Positions 1-11,656 of a stretch of 64,000 nucleotides of DNA are shown one piece after another. The stretch lies in assembly GCF_964204645.1 (NCBI RefSeq), contig NC_134033.1:7200655-7264654 (forward strand), in the 5' to 3' direction. The stretch is from Tubulanus polymorphus (taxonomy: Eukaryota > Animalia > Nemertea). Position 1 is the first letter of the stretch. Each line of letters begins with the position of its first letter. The notes beneath the pieces were generated by a model, which worked only from the letters and a program-made list of their open reading frames with translations, was not told where the DNA came from and searched no databases. Both the position numbers and the translations under genes were made by a program.

Positions 1-198
1 TGAACGTTAAGATCAAAATCTAGGGCCTTAATTTGAGATGGCCCAAATAATTGCTGAATAACAGAACAGATAACAGAATAGATGACAAAATTCAATCTGT
101 CTGAAGGGAATTTATTTTTGTGAAACTGAGTCCTGGGTAGTTGATCTGGAAAAGTGATCTGAAGTGGCAGATAGAGGGAACCCATCAAATAAACTTAC

Positions 199-271
199 TC
201 GCTTTCCAGTTCGGCAACAGTGCACTTGTATTGAGCAGTAGAAAACAAACAAATATCGGCGAATTGTCGAA
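199..271 (-). CDS. ARRB: beta-arrestin exon 10b (canonical copy), (V)RQFADICLFSTAQYKCTVAELES(E/D)
   Basis: TTTCACAG acceptor, GTAAGT donor, 73 nt, phase 1 to 2. Matches the canonical VRQ(Y/F)ADICLF..AQYKC motif. Confidence 0.96.
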
Positions 272-1775
272 CTGTGAAATAATGAAGGATGAACGAAAAC
301 TAAACATAAAAAGCTTTTTGATGGGAAAAAAACATCAACATTGATTAAACAATTGTCTAACATACTCAATCTGCTGTACCTGCCAGTGGCATTTTTCGAT
401 ACATGAGGTGAAATTGTGCGAAAACCAGTATATATGGTATAACGAAACTCCCTAGAGCTATGTCTATTGAGTTGGATCAGGTTTTGAGTAGGTGACGAGT
501 TAAAATCAGTATATGTTTGATTATCTAAATCTAGAGTCAAATCCACAGACACAAAAGTGAAACAAGGAACTGGACAAGCCAGTCAATGTTGGGGGTTTAA
601 GATTTCAAAATGCTCTCTAAATTGGGGCATTTAACGCTTTAGTTGTGTGATCAGCTTGGACTGGCTTTAAAGGCCTTAAATTAGAATCGCTATAGGCTAA
701 TCTGGTCTAAACAACTTGACAGAAAGCTATGACAAAATAATGTCCTACAGCACACTAATGGCATCTGGTGGACGACTTGCTAGTAATATCACCAAACCAA
801 AGGTAGATCATTGAACCTTACAACATCCCCCTTATAGACACAGCCCAGCATAACACCAAATTTTTTAACTAAAATTCAAAATTGAATTTCCAAAGTGTTG
901 ACCATTTTATTACAAAGTTTTCATAATCCCATTAAAACCTTTTTGTCGTTCAATTTCACTTTCAAGGCAAAGCAGATTTTTTTCATAGCTAAAAAAGAGA
1001 TTTGAAAAACAGAGCTAAAAGAGAGTTGACAGGCGAAAAACATACATATTTCTAAACAACAGCAGTGAGAAAAATCAATGAATGAATACATAATTGACAT
1101 TGAGATAATAAAAATCATCAAACTCTGTGAAGCGTGATGTACCAGATGTGTGATGTCAGCCCTGGCAGGATAGTTAAAATATCTGTTGAAAGGATCTGTG
1201 ATGCGCAAGTAAAAAGTAAGACATTTTTCATTGAATTTTGATTGAAGCAACTATACCAAAGGCTGCAAATATTGATGTCAGAACATTTTTAAAAAATGCA
1301 TCCAAGAAGATGCAATCTTTAAGAGGATGATATTTAAATCTTCCCCTGCCATGGTCGAACTAAAAGTGGAATGAATGTGAAGAAACTATCATATCTAAAA
1401 TTACAGAAATCATCACAGCTGCCAAGGCATAACAAGCAACAACCAGAACCCTGTTACACAGATGTGAGTTAAAACTTGACCCTCTAGGTAAGGTTATCGA
1501 AAATAAAATAATTTCAACTTTCTAAACTCAAAACCATAGCATACTCGTCACACAAGTTATAAAGAATTCTTTGGAATTAAAACAATTGGAAATGAATTAA
1601 ATTTGCGTCAAACTTAACTCACATGTAATGCTAGGGCCAGAACAACAGTTTACACGTCTGGTACATCAATACTACGTAAAATTAAATACTGAAAATAAAA
1701 ACCAATAAAAATAATATTGACAAAAACGCAACATATACAAATAATGGGATAATCCTGGTAGGTGGCACCACTTAC

Positions 1776-1848
1776 TCCGTCTCCAGTTCGGCAACTGTAC
1801 ATTTATAGTTAGCTTTACTGAACAGCATAATGTCAGCGATTTGAACAA
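1776..1848 (-). CDS. ARRB: beta-arrestin exon 10a (variant copy), (V)VQIADIMLFSKANYKCTVAELET(E/D)
   Basis: Long pyrimidine tract plus GCAG acceptor, GTAAGT donor, 73 nt, phase 1 to 2. No stops or indels. 17 of 23 full codons encode the same residue as exon 10b. Confidence 0.9.
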
Positions 1849-4001
1849 CTGCAGCGATGAGGAAGGAAAAAGAGAAGCAAGTATTAATGAATGTTTATTA
1901 TCATTGAGCATAAATATAATGCATGAGCTCAGTGTATAAAGCACACATGAGCAAGCAATGTTCAAGTTCATACCCAAATTAACCTATTCACATAACCCCT
2001 CATCTTGTGTATGCGGTTGGTTTGACGTTGGACTTATCAGATGTGGCCCAATGGGATGTGGAATGAATTGTGGGGCTAATGAGTTATGGGCCTATTGAGA
2101 GGATATAGGAACAGTGTAAATAAGTAGTTGCTTACATATGTTGGCAATATAGCAGTAAAATGATTTGCCACATGCACCAGAGTTTGCTATGCTCGGTTCA
2201 CGCACACAACTTTTTGAAGTGAAGTTGATGAGTTGACTCAACTTCCTGATTACTGTACTATTGACCCAAGTAGAAAATAAACATAGTTGTATCAAAATGC
2301 ACGCTCATGCACACAGCAATAAACCAGGTGAGTGAAGAAACAGATCAAGTATCTGCAATAAGTACAGAAGATTTTGTATCAATAAAAAGTTCAAAACATG
2401 CCATTTTTACCAGAACAATACAGTTCCTTTTCATATTATCATACACATATCATAAAAATTTCATGAATTTATCGCAACGGTTTGGCGAGTCATCGTATAT
2501 ACGGGAAGTTCCTGCGTCAAAGGTAGATGGTGTCGGCCATCTTGAATTGGAGAAGTCCCCAAAACAATAAGGTTTCACATCATACTATCATACATATCTC
2601 ATATAAATTTCATGAAATGTTCTCAAACGATTTTTGGCACGTACATTGGTAGTTCACATATCAAAAATAGGTCATAATTCGGCCATCTTGAATCATAGAT
2701 TCCCCAAAAGGGTTCCCCACCATACAATTATGCACAAACCATAAAAATTTCACGAAATTGTCTCAAACGATTTTTGAGTTATCGTGTACACAGGAGGCTC
2801 CCGTGTCAAAAGTAGGACAGTGACAGACTTGAGCGCTCACTTCAAATCCAAGTAAGTTTGTATCCAAGTAATTTTATATCAAATGTATTGTTTCATTTTG
2901 AACACAGGGATGACGCTCCATATGAAGTTAAAACAGTAAAATTATTCTTAAATGAGACAAATTTCCTGTGCACCACGCAGATTGGTCATATTGTTTTCAA
3001 TGTAGAAAAAAGTGATAAAATATTTTTGCCCTAAAATTCTGCTTAAAAATGTCTACCTACCTATCGACTCACCGTGAGTCAGCATTTCAGCAAACAGACA
3101 ATTAATTTGGGGTAGCCTAATATTTGATAGAAGTTTGCTTGAATAATGATATACCCTGTATAATTGTTTAATAAATTGCCCATGGGCAAAAGTGTGGTTT
3201 ACCTTGAAAGCTAGAGGTCATTTGGAATAAGGGCATTGCTTGAAAAATCTTTTTAATTCGTGACTTCAAAGTTCCATAAGTTTATATTGTATTTTATCTT
3301 TCTTGAAGAATTATTTTGTAGTCAAATAAGACCAAAGATATACATTTGTTTCAGGTCCACGTCCAAAATTTTGTAGGGTACAGGTAGGCACGGCAGGGAA
3401 ACTATATTTTATTTTCAAAAAAATATGTTTCACAATATGAGAAAATATTCAAATAAGGCCATCCCAAAATAATTGTCTGTTTGCCGTAACACCGACTCAA
3501 CTTTGCAGGATGAGTCGGTAGGTAGGTAGAAATTTTTTTTTTGCAAAATTTTTGGGCAAAAAAAACAAATTTTTCACCTTTGGGCTTTTTTACATGGAAA
3601 CAATATCGCAAAAAAATCATATCCATTGTGCACGGGAAATTTGTCTACTAGCATAGATTTCAAGAATTATTCTAAAATTATAACTTCGTCTAGAACGTCA
3701 TCTCTGTGTTAAAAATGAAACAGTACATTGAATATATGCGCGCTTTTACGTTACCAGCTTTAATATAGTCGCTATTAAAATGAGTGGCAGCTTATTGGAA
3801 CACTGCCAGTTTCCCGGAAAACTTAAACTAGGCCACATGTTAAGGCATGTTTTCACATGATCCACACTTGAATTCAAACATACGTAGCTCGTACGTCGGC
3901 AGTGGGTCGGTCGGCCGTTTTTATCAAAAATTCAAAGTTTTCACTCAGTACCTTTGAAGTCAGGTCGGTTGGGTTACGGCAAACAGACCATTGGCGGATG
4001 T

Positions 4002-4424
4002 GTGAAATAATTACATCCTCACCAGCAATGAGCATTTGAAATACGCATGTATACGGCACCTAATCCAATGAAACGTACGCCGTTCTATGGCTTTCCCATA
4101 ATTATTTTAGTAGCGCCGGAATTTCCCATATATCCCAAAAACAGCCAATCCAATTCGCTTGTAGAGACGACGCTCCCCAATCGAGGTCATTGCAATTTTA
4201 TACGCGAGAGCCGAGAATTTTCCACGCCAAAACAGTTTTCGTAGAATTTTAACTCAGTTGACCATGTCATCGACGGAGGTTCGCCATGTCTTCAATCGCA
4301 TCGATTATACATCGTTTAAGCCGAGAACCAATGAAACAAATGCTCACATAAAAAAACGTACTGCGATTTTACATGAATTAGCTCAATGCCAACATCAGAT
4401 CGCTGACAAAGGTAAACCAAAAAA
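4002..4424. repeat. dispersed repeat; other copies at about 13708-14042 plus 15749-15840 (split by an insertion) and 43600-43750
   Basis: Long shared blocks, e.g. CACCAGCAATGAGCATTT...CATGTCTTCAATCGCATCGATTATAC...GGTAAACCAAAAAAG. Confidence 0.75.
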
Positions 4425-5218
4425 GGAATGACGTAGAAATATCTTCTCTCCATTGTGTAATTGTAACAAAACGTGACTATTATCATAGATGCTTGAACGA
4501 TGGTAGAAGTTGGAGCTGATTTACTTGTATTTTCACATATTTCATAGGTGTTGGCACGTCCATATTTTTTAAGGTCAAACTTTTAATAATTCATTTTACT
4601 CGTAGGAATAACTCATATAACTTGTATATGACCAACTTTCACTAGGATTCAAACATATGTGACTGGTGCTGGCAAAATCAGTCGGAAGTCGCATTCATTC
4701 ACTAAGCGTTATAGGCTATTTACTGCAGTCAGTGTTGAAAATATCGAATTTCAGTTTTCACTATTAGGCTATACTTTAAAAAGTTTAACTTTAAATGCTT
4801 CAAACATCGTTTTTAATTGGGGGTATTGAATCAATCATAATCAACATAGTCTCTAAAACAATCGAAATTAGCGGTCTATTTCACCTAAAATATTTTTACA
4901 ATCAGTAGTCTGAATGGCACAAACCGGCTATTGATCGACAGCTCAGAAGTAGTGCTAAATGAAAATCAGCGTAAGAATATCGAAATACGTCATTAAAAGC
5001 CAATGAGAGGGCTTGAAAGATCTGTAAACAATTCCCTTTGTTGAACGCAAGCCGAGCGTGTGATGTAAGCTGATCGCTGGTTGGCTTATCAACGCATCGC
5101 GCATTGCACACTGGGCAAAAAAACATGGCTGCCGTCGTAAACAAACGCAACAGTTAATTTCATTCTACTTGTTTTGAAAAGATTTCTCCTTTATTCTTGT
5201 TTAAATTCGTTGATAATA

Positions 5219-8200
5219 ATGTCACTATCGAAGGAAAAACGTGTCGCGGATTCGTTGAACAGTCTGAGATCGTGCAATTTGGAGTCACCGGCAATCGAAA
5301 GGCAGTGGTTGACACTTTTGGAGGATTATTTTGTTAATGATGTCGATGATGAGTGTGTTTCCTCTTCGTCAGAAGGATCTTCAGATGAAGAAAGTGACAC
5401 TGAAAACGATGTAAATAGATCTGTTTATAACTCCGTACCTGTTAATAACACTATTGTTTCACCGAATTCTAATGTCCTGTCAAAATCGTCATGTTCTGCG
5501 GCTACGCCAGGTCCAACATTGACGGCTCGACGAGTAAATAATGATACTGTTGGTGACCACTATCCAGCTACAAATCAGAGGATAGTTAGTGACAACGAAG
5601 ACTCTTCTGCTGAAGATGATACTGCGGACGTCGTGGATGGTGTTCCTGAGATTCTCCGTGATGTGCCGGCTACTGCGAATAATCCTCGAGAAGAACTAAC
5701 CAGAATTGAAAATTTCTCGTGTGTGTCCAGCTCATCGAAAAATAGCTGTAAACTAAATGATGGAAAGCCTTGTTTTTCATCCTTCGATAAAGATGAAATC
5801 TTTGATCTCAGAATGTCAATGAGTGCGTTAACTGCATTTGAGAAGGACTTAATGATTCTGGGCAAGTTGGGATCATTTATGCGTAATGACTCGTTGACTG
5901 CATGTTCAAAACGAAAGACGCAGAAAGAATGAAAACAGCAGAGAACATGGTATTTCGTCCTCGGTCATCGATGTTGTCGTGAAACCTTCAAATTTGTTCA
6001 CTGGTAAGTAGGCCTAATTTTTTAATTCTTTTTAATAAGAATAAAACCACTTATTTTTACAACATGTACAACAAACCATGTCAATGATGGATGTAGGCCC
6101 TATATGCACGCGCTGTTTCCTTGACGTCTGAACTCGATAACAGTAGGTAGCTTTGAATGAAGAACGTGAGATAGGCCCAATGACAATATTCAAATGTACG
6201 GCTTTTGTTTTCAGGGACTTAAGTTTTTGGTTAAATATTTACTGGTTATTAATTATAACCCCTTTCTTTTCAGCATGAGCCAAGACAAACTTACAGCCTT
6301 GATCAAGCATTATAAAGAGCATGGTATGACGCCACGTTACAAAAAGTCTGGTGGGCGCCGGGAGAACAACAAGCACATTATCACATACGATGATACGTCT
6401 CGCGTTGTGACATTTTTGATGAACTTCGCAGAAATGCATTCGATGGTCCTGCCTGGTAGAGTGCCTGGTTATAAGCGTTTCAACATTAAGTTGCTACCCT
6501 CCAGCATGACAAAAGCAAGCATTTGGAGGAACTATAAACAAGCTATGATTTCGACAGGTAAGCTTTCATAGATTATCACAGGCATCCAATTAATTTTTAA
6601 TCTTTTTCAAAAAACTACACGTCAAGCGAAATTCTGTACTTAAGTCGGGTTTCAATGCCAACACAAACTAATTTAATGTACCCGACGTGCTATGGAAGTT
6701 GGATCAAATTGCCAACTGTTATAGGCGTTGTGTAAAATGAAGCAATCAAATTCATAACGTTTATCCCATTTCAGACTTTAGGCATCAAGATTTAGTTATG
6801 TGACGGACTAACTGCACTGAGTTCTGTATCAGGAAATTGATAGGTTTCAATGTTTATTTTTCAGAGAATCGAGCAGTCAGCCTTCATTCCTTCAGAAGAT
6901 TGTGGCGTACATTAGTTCCGTTTATTGTTATGAACCGCCCAATGACAGACTTATGCTGGGTGTGCCAACAGAATAACTCCACTATATACCGTAGTGTGAA
7001 CATCCCAGAGGAATTAAAATCTGAAAATCTGAAAAAACAGGAGGCGCATTTAGTAAAAGTTACGCTCGAGCGTAGTCTGTACCAGAAAATGGTTTCAAAC
7101 TGTAAGACGGTTGTCAAAGGCCTTGGCCTTAAGAATTTGGAGAACAGTCCTCCAGCATCACGCGATGTTAAAATGCATTATAGTTTTGACTTCGCGCAAC
7201 AGGTTCATTACCCGAATGACCCTTACCTACCCGGACCCATGTATTTTGTTAGAGGTACGAATAGCTCATAGAGAGCCTCATCAGGAGTTACGTGTAACAA
7301 CCAAATCTAGGATGAGAACTTTAGTAGATACAACGAGCGACACGTCGATTCTTTTTAGAGATTAGATTTCATGCTATTAAACGAGTATTTAGGAGAATAT
7401 ATTGGTCAAAAACATGTAAGTTTAACCAGTTAATTTGTATTCTATTGTATTTGATAATGAATGTTTTAAATAGGAAATTAATCAAAGATCAGTGTGCAAA
7501 TTTATTTAAGATCAGAGTTTAAATTCTATATGTTATTAATTTCAGATCAGCATTTCATCATTTCATGTTCGTTATGTCTCGATATTAAAATCCAATATAA
7601 ATATAAATCCTAAAGAAAGGTCTTCTTCACATTAATGGAGCCAACTACATATTTCCTGACACCACGTAAGTGTGGGCTATTTGGAATTGTGTGAAGGGTT
7701 ACCACAGTAGGTGAATTATTTGATTGACGAGATTGTTTGCGTATCTAAGGGATCAAACAGCGTCATAAGCTACTTGGACCATTTTTTCGATAACCACGGT
7801 TTAGGGGAAATGGATGTCGAACTGCACTGTGACGACTGTAGTGGCCAGAATAAGAACAATTTCAAGAAATATCACCATTTTAGGTAGGTATCTGTACACG
7901 AAGTCCTAATGAAAAATCAAATTTGACACAGGGTTGCGGGTTCAAATTCTAATAGCAAGAGAGTATCATATCGGTATCTGCTTTGGATGGCAATCGGTGG
8001 TTAAATAATAATAATAATTATGATTATTATAGATGACAGAATTTTGAGAAAAATAGATCACTGCCCTATACCTGTTTTGTATAGTGATAATGTTTTTGCA
8101 GCCTAGAAGAATACAACTTTTGATTAACGGACTATTATTCAAAATATTTACTTTCTTATATTTTCAGATTTGACAGTAATCATCCAGGAAAGGTGTTTAG

Positions 8201-8555
8201 AAAGTTGTATGCGGATTCAGCGGAAGAAGTATTCACCCTTGCTATCGATCCGAATGTGATACCGCACAACACAAAACCGGACATTATTCCTCCACCTGGA
8301 TTATCGGCAGAAAGACAGTTGTACCTGTACCAAAAAATCCGGGAATTCTGCAGTGTTGAAACTAGAGACATAGCTTGTCCGTTACCGCAGGCTTTACCAG
8401 CTGCACCACAAGACTTACCTGTACCTGTAGTTGTTCCTTCCACTAGTGACTTGCCGGTACCATCAGATTCTGACAGTGATGCTGACTTTGCTCCTCCACC
8501 AGCGAAACGCGGGCGTGGTCGAGGTCGTGGACGAGGTCGTGGTAATAATCAGTAG
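5219..8555 (+). pseudogene. spliced DDD/E transposase pseudogene; exons about 5219-6003, 6274-6557, 6865-7883 (minus the LTR insert), 8168-8555
   Basis: Motifs TDLCWVCQ, HYSFDFAQQVHYP, YFLTPRKCGLFG, NYLIDE and LHCDDCSGQNKNN. GT-AG introns keep the frame. Lesions: in-frame TGA at 5930, frameshift and TAG near 7690-7710, apparent deletion after QNKNNF. Confidence 0.85.
7247..7649. mobile_element. solo LTR inserted in the transposase ORF
   Basis: 403 bp, starts TGTTAG, ends ACTACA, perfect 5-bp TSD TATTT (7242-7246 and 7650-7654). Removing it restores GPMYFLTPRKC. Confidence 0.85.
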
Positions 8556-10627
8556 ATCAATACTAAATACCTTTTGATTGTGAATCAAATAGGATTATCT
8601 TGCAGCAATCGGGGGCAGAAATCTATATAGTCCATTTTCTGGATTTGTGAAATCAGTGTTTCGAAGTGAATTAAACTTGATAGTAATCAGCCGTTTTCAC
8701 TGTCAAGTTCCATATGTAGCTCCAGAGATACACTTTATACAGGCATATGTGATAATTGTATTCTAATTGGTTGATCTGTGCAGTTTCGCTGTTGTTAGTG
8801 ATGAAATAATAATTGAGTTGAATATTATGAAGATAAAAATTTTCATTTATTGCCGATTTTATCTAGTTCCTGGATGGACTGCTGCTCTCATTTTAAATTC
8901 AAAATACTTTCTTATAATAAGTGTTATATGCTCTAGAATCATAAACAATGACTTATTTATTTGGTATAGTGCAATAATAAGTCACATTACTCAGAAAAAT
9001 TCAATTAACTGTGAAATCTAATTTTTCCGAAAATATTTTTTTCTTCAAATTTAGTCATTTTCTATCATCCTAAAAAAAGTACCAATCCAGGAACTATATT
9101 TTTGCTTGAAAAACAAAGGGGATGATGTCTCGTACCCCTGGTAAAAATTTGGGGTCGATATCTCTATTCTAAGATACTGGTTGCTATGGTGGATTGATAT
9201 TTCTAAGTACCGAGACTTTAACCCTCGATTTCTCAGAATCCTTTTCCGCTGACTTAGTCTTCAAAATTTAATAACTCAGTGAGTTTTCGAGATATCAACA
9301 TAATTTTTTTTGCATTGAATTCCACACAATTGTGGCTTTCAGAATATGTATAGTACTCAATTTTGATAAGGTGACACAAGTGACTGATTTTGCCAGCACC
9401 GGTCACATATGACAATGGATTGATATAAGACCAGTACATAGGACAAGTACATGAAAAATAACTCTGATATCTAACTGAATATTTATCAACTACATATTTT
9501 TGAACTATAAAAATTAATCAATCTAATTCTCATTAATTCTAGTTCTTATCACCCTTCATAGGTACGTACTATTTGCATTATATCCTCGGCTTATTTGACA
9601 TTATATCAAATGGATTTATACATACATGTTTAATCAACCCGCATGATGGTAATTTTCCTCCCAATGAATCTAATCACCAATGATGATGCTTGGACCACAC
9701 CCTGATAAATAGCTAATGAACATCTAAAACCCTCAACAAGCCTGATTGATTGAAAATGGTCGGTTCTAAGGAAATAGATTGAGCCACTTTCCTAGGAATA
9801 GATATATTATGTGGATAAATGAGTTCAGTCAGATTTTCATGATAGATAAGATGACTTGACACCAATGTCGATCTAAAATAACGAACAATTTCAGCATGTC
9901 TTCCAAAATCGATACAGTTAACCAGTTTTCATTAATCAGAAATTACCCTGTGAGGAATTGATAAAAAACAAATCACTAAGATATCAGTCCCCACTTTGTT
10001 GTGATGGTCACACCCTTTATGGATACTATTGTTATGTCTTTACAATAACTTAAAGGTCAGGGATGTACACCGCACCCAGATGTACTGAGCCATGTATAGT
10101 CACGTCTGACCCACCATCACCTAGTTGAAAACAAACATAATTGTCACTCATTCTTATTGTTATATTTCAATCATTCCTAAATGCATTAAGAAATATTTCT
10201 AGAATGAACTTTTAAGACGAATATAGTTTCCCGTTGTCAAATATTGGCAACGTAAGCTTAGAATATTGCAAGAGATATAGGCACCCTGACAAGCTACATA
10301 CCCTTAAATCTCAAACTGAAACTAAAGATCCCTGTGTTGTAGAGGAAACAATAAACAATAATCAATTTGTGATGGGCCTTTAATAGTGGTACATTAAGGG
10401 GTGATATATCTGTAAGTGATTGTGAAAGTGGAACTCATAGATGATTTAATTATCAAGAACAATTCTTCAATGAATGTAACTGAATCGATGTCGTAATTGA
10501 TTGAAGACCGATCGAGGCAACGTTGGTAGTCAGTGCATCATTACACTCTTAAGTTTCACTAATGAATTCCCAAGTCAAGTAAAAATAAAGCAATATCTGT
10601 TTCATCAGTGGTATTTGATAACAGGAA

Positions 10628-11656
10628 AGAAATTCTAAAAATGGGCTTGCTGACATGGTTGTACTGAAAGCTTGCTTGGTGGTTTTGTATTTCTGTAGCA
10701 GAATTAAGCGAAATTTGAACTGATTACTTGTTAAAGAGCTAAGATATCGGTGTTGTCTTACATTGTTACATAAAATGTTACACACGGGGACTGGGAATTG
10801 GAATGGTTTTATTGTAGACCCGGACCGAATTAGTGCAAGCGTTTAGATAGTTGTTATTTGAATATTTTATTGCAGTATCTTAACGGAATCTATCATCTGT
10901 TGATAATTGCTAGATTATCAGATTGTGTGGAAATGATTTTGCATAGAAAAATTTACAGCTGAAAGAAAAAACGTGACTTCAGGCGAACACGAAAACAAAT
11001 AAGAGCCACAATTTTTCTTTTTAAAATAATAAAGACATTAAGCAAGATTAAGTTACATTTCCTTCAAATGACAATCCACTACGATCATCCGATGAAGTTT
11101 ATTGCCACCATAGGCTACCGCCCCCTGGCTCTTTGAAGTGACAGGGAACAAGTCTTCAATTCAATTCAGAATTTATTTTAAGGAAAAGCGGTTTTTAAGT
11201 TTGAGATATTTAAACTGAAAAATATAAATGTTCATACAGAGATTTTACCAATTGCTAACGCAAGCACCCAATGAAAGTAAAAGAAAATTAAAAGAAATTT
11301 TTAAAAACGTGAAAGTAAATGTTTCATTATGAAATTTTATGTCAATAAAGAATGAACTGAATTGTCGGCAGCACTTTGCCGCGTATGGATACCAATTTCA
11401 AGCCTGATCACGCACGCTCAACCAAGGTTGGTATGCGCTGCTGAAATAACAAAAACGATTAAACAAAATCATAAAACAATGAAAACAACAACCGTTATAG
11501 CCAATATACGAAAGGAACCTAGATTTTGTTACTGCATTAAATGTGTGTAAATATCAGAGCCCAAGAAAGGTTCTAACGAAAGTAATCGACTCCCCAAGCA
11601 AGTTATCAATCTGTGTGATAGCAATATGGGCTTGCAAGCATGCAAGCCCATGAAAA
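10628..11656 (-). mobile_element. HINE family 3, copy lacking one end
   Basis: Colinear and highly similar to 46158-47207. Ends in hairpin ATGGGCTTGC-AAGCAT-GCAAGCCCAT. Confidence 0.75.

Larger units (their letters stand above)
4659..9406 (+). mobile_element. Sola1-like DNA transposon, both ends intact, defective
   Basis: 25-bp TIRs GTGACTGGTGCTGGCAAAATCAGTC (4659-4683 and 9382-9406, one mismatch). ATAT duplicated on both flanks, matching the AWWT TSD described for Sola1. Internal transposase. Confidence 0.85.

Noticed and set aside
112-552. 146 aa minus-strand ORF overlapping exon 10b
   Set aside because: It is in a different frame from the arrestin exon and has no recognisable motif.
7255-7290. 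Minus-strand CTGATGAG-GCTC-TCTAT-GAGC hairpin in the solo LTR, suggesting a retrozyme hammerhead
   Set aside because: The required GAAA box is absent after the stem (it reads TATTCG).
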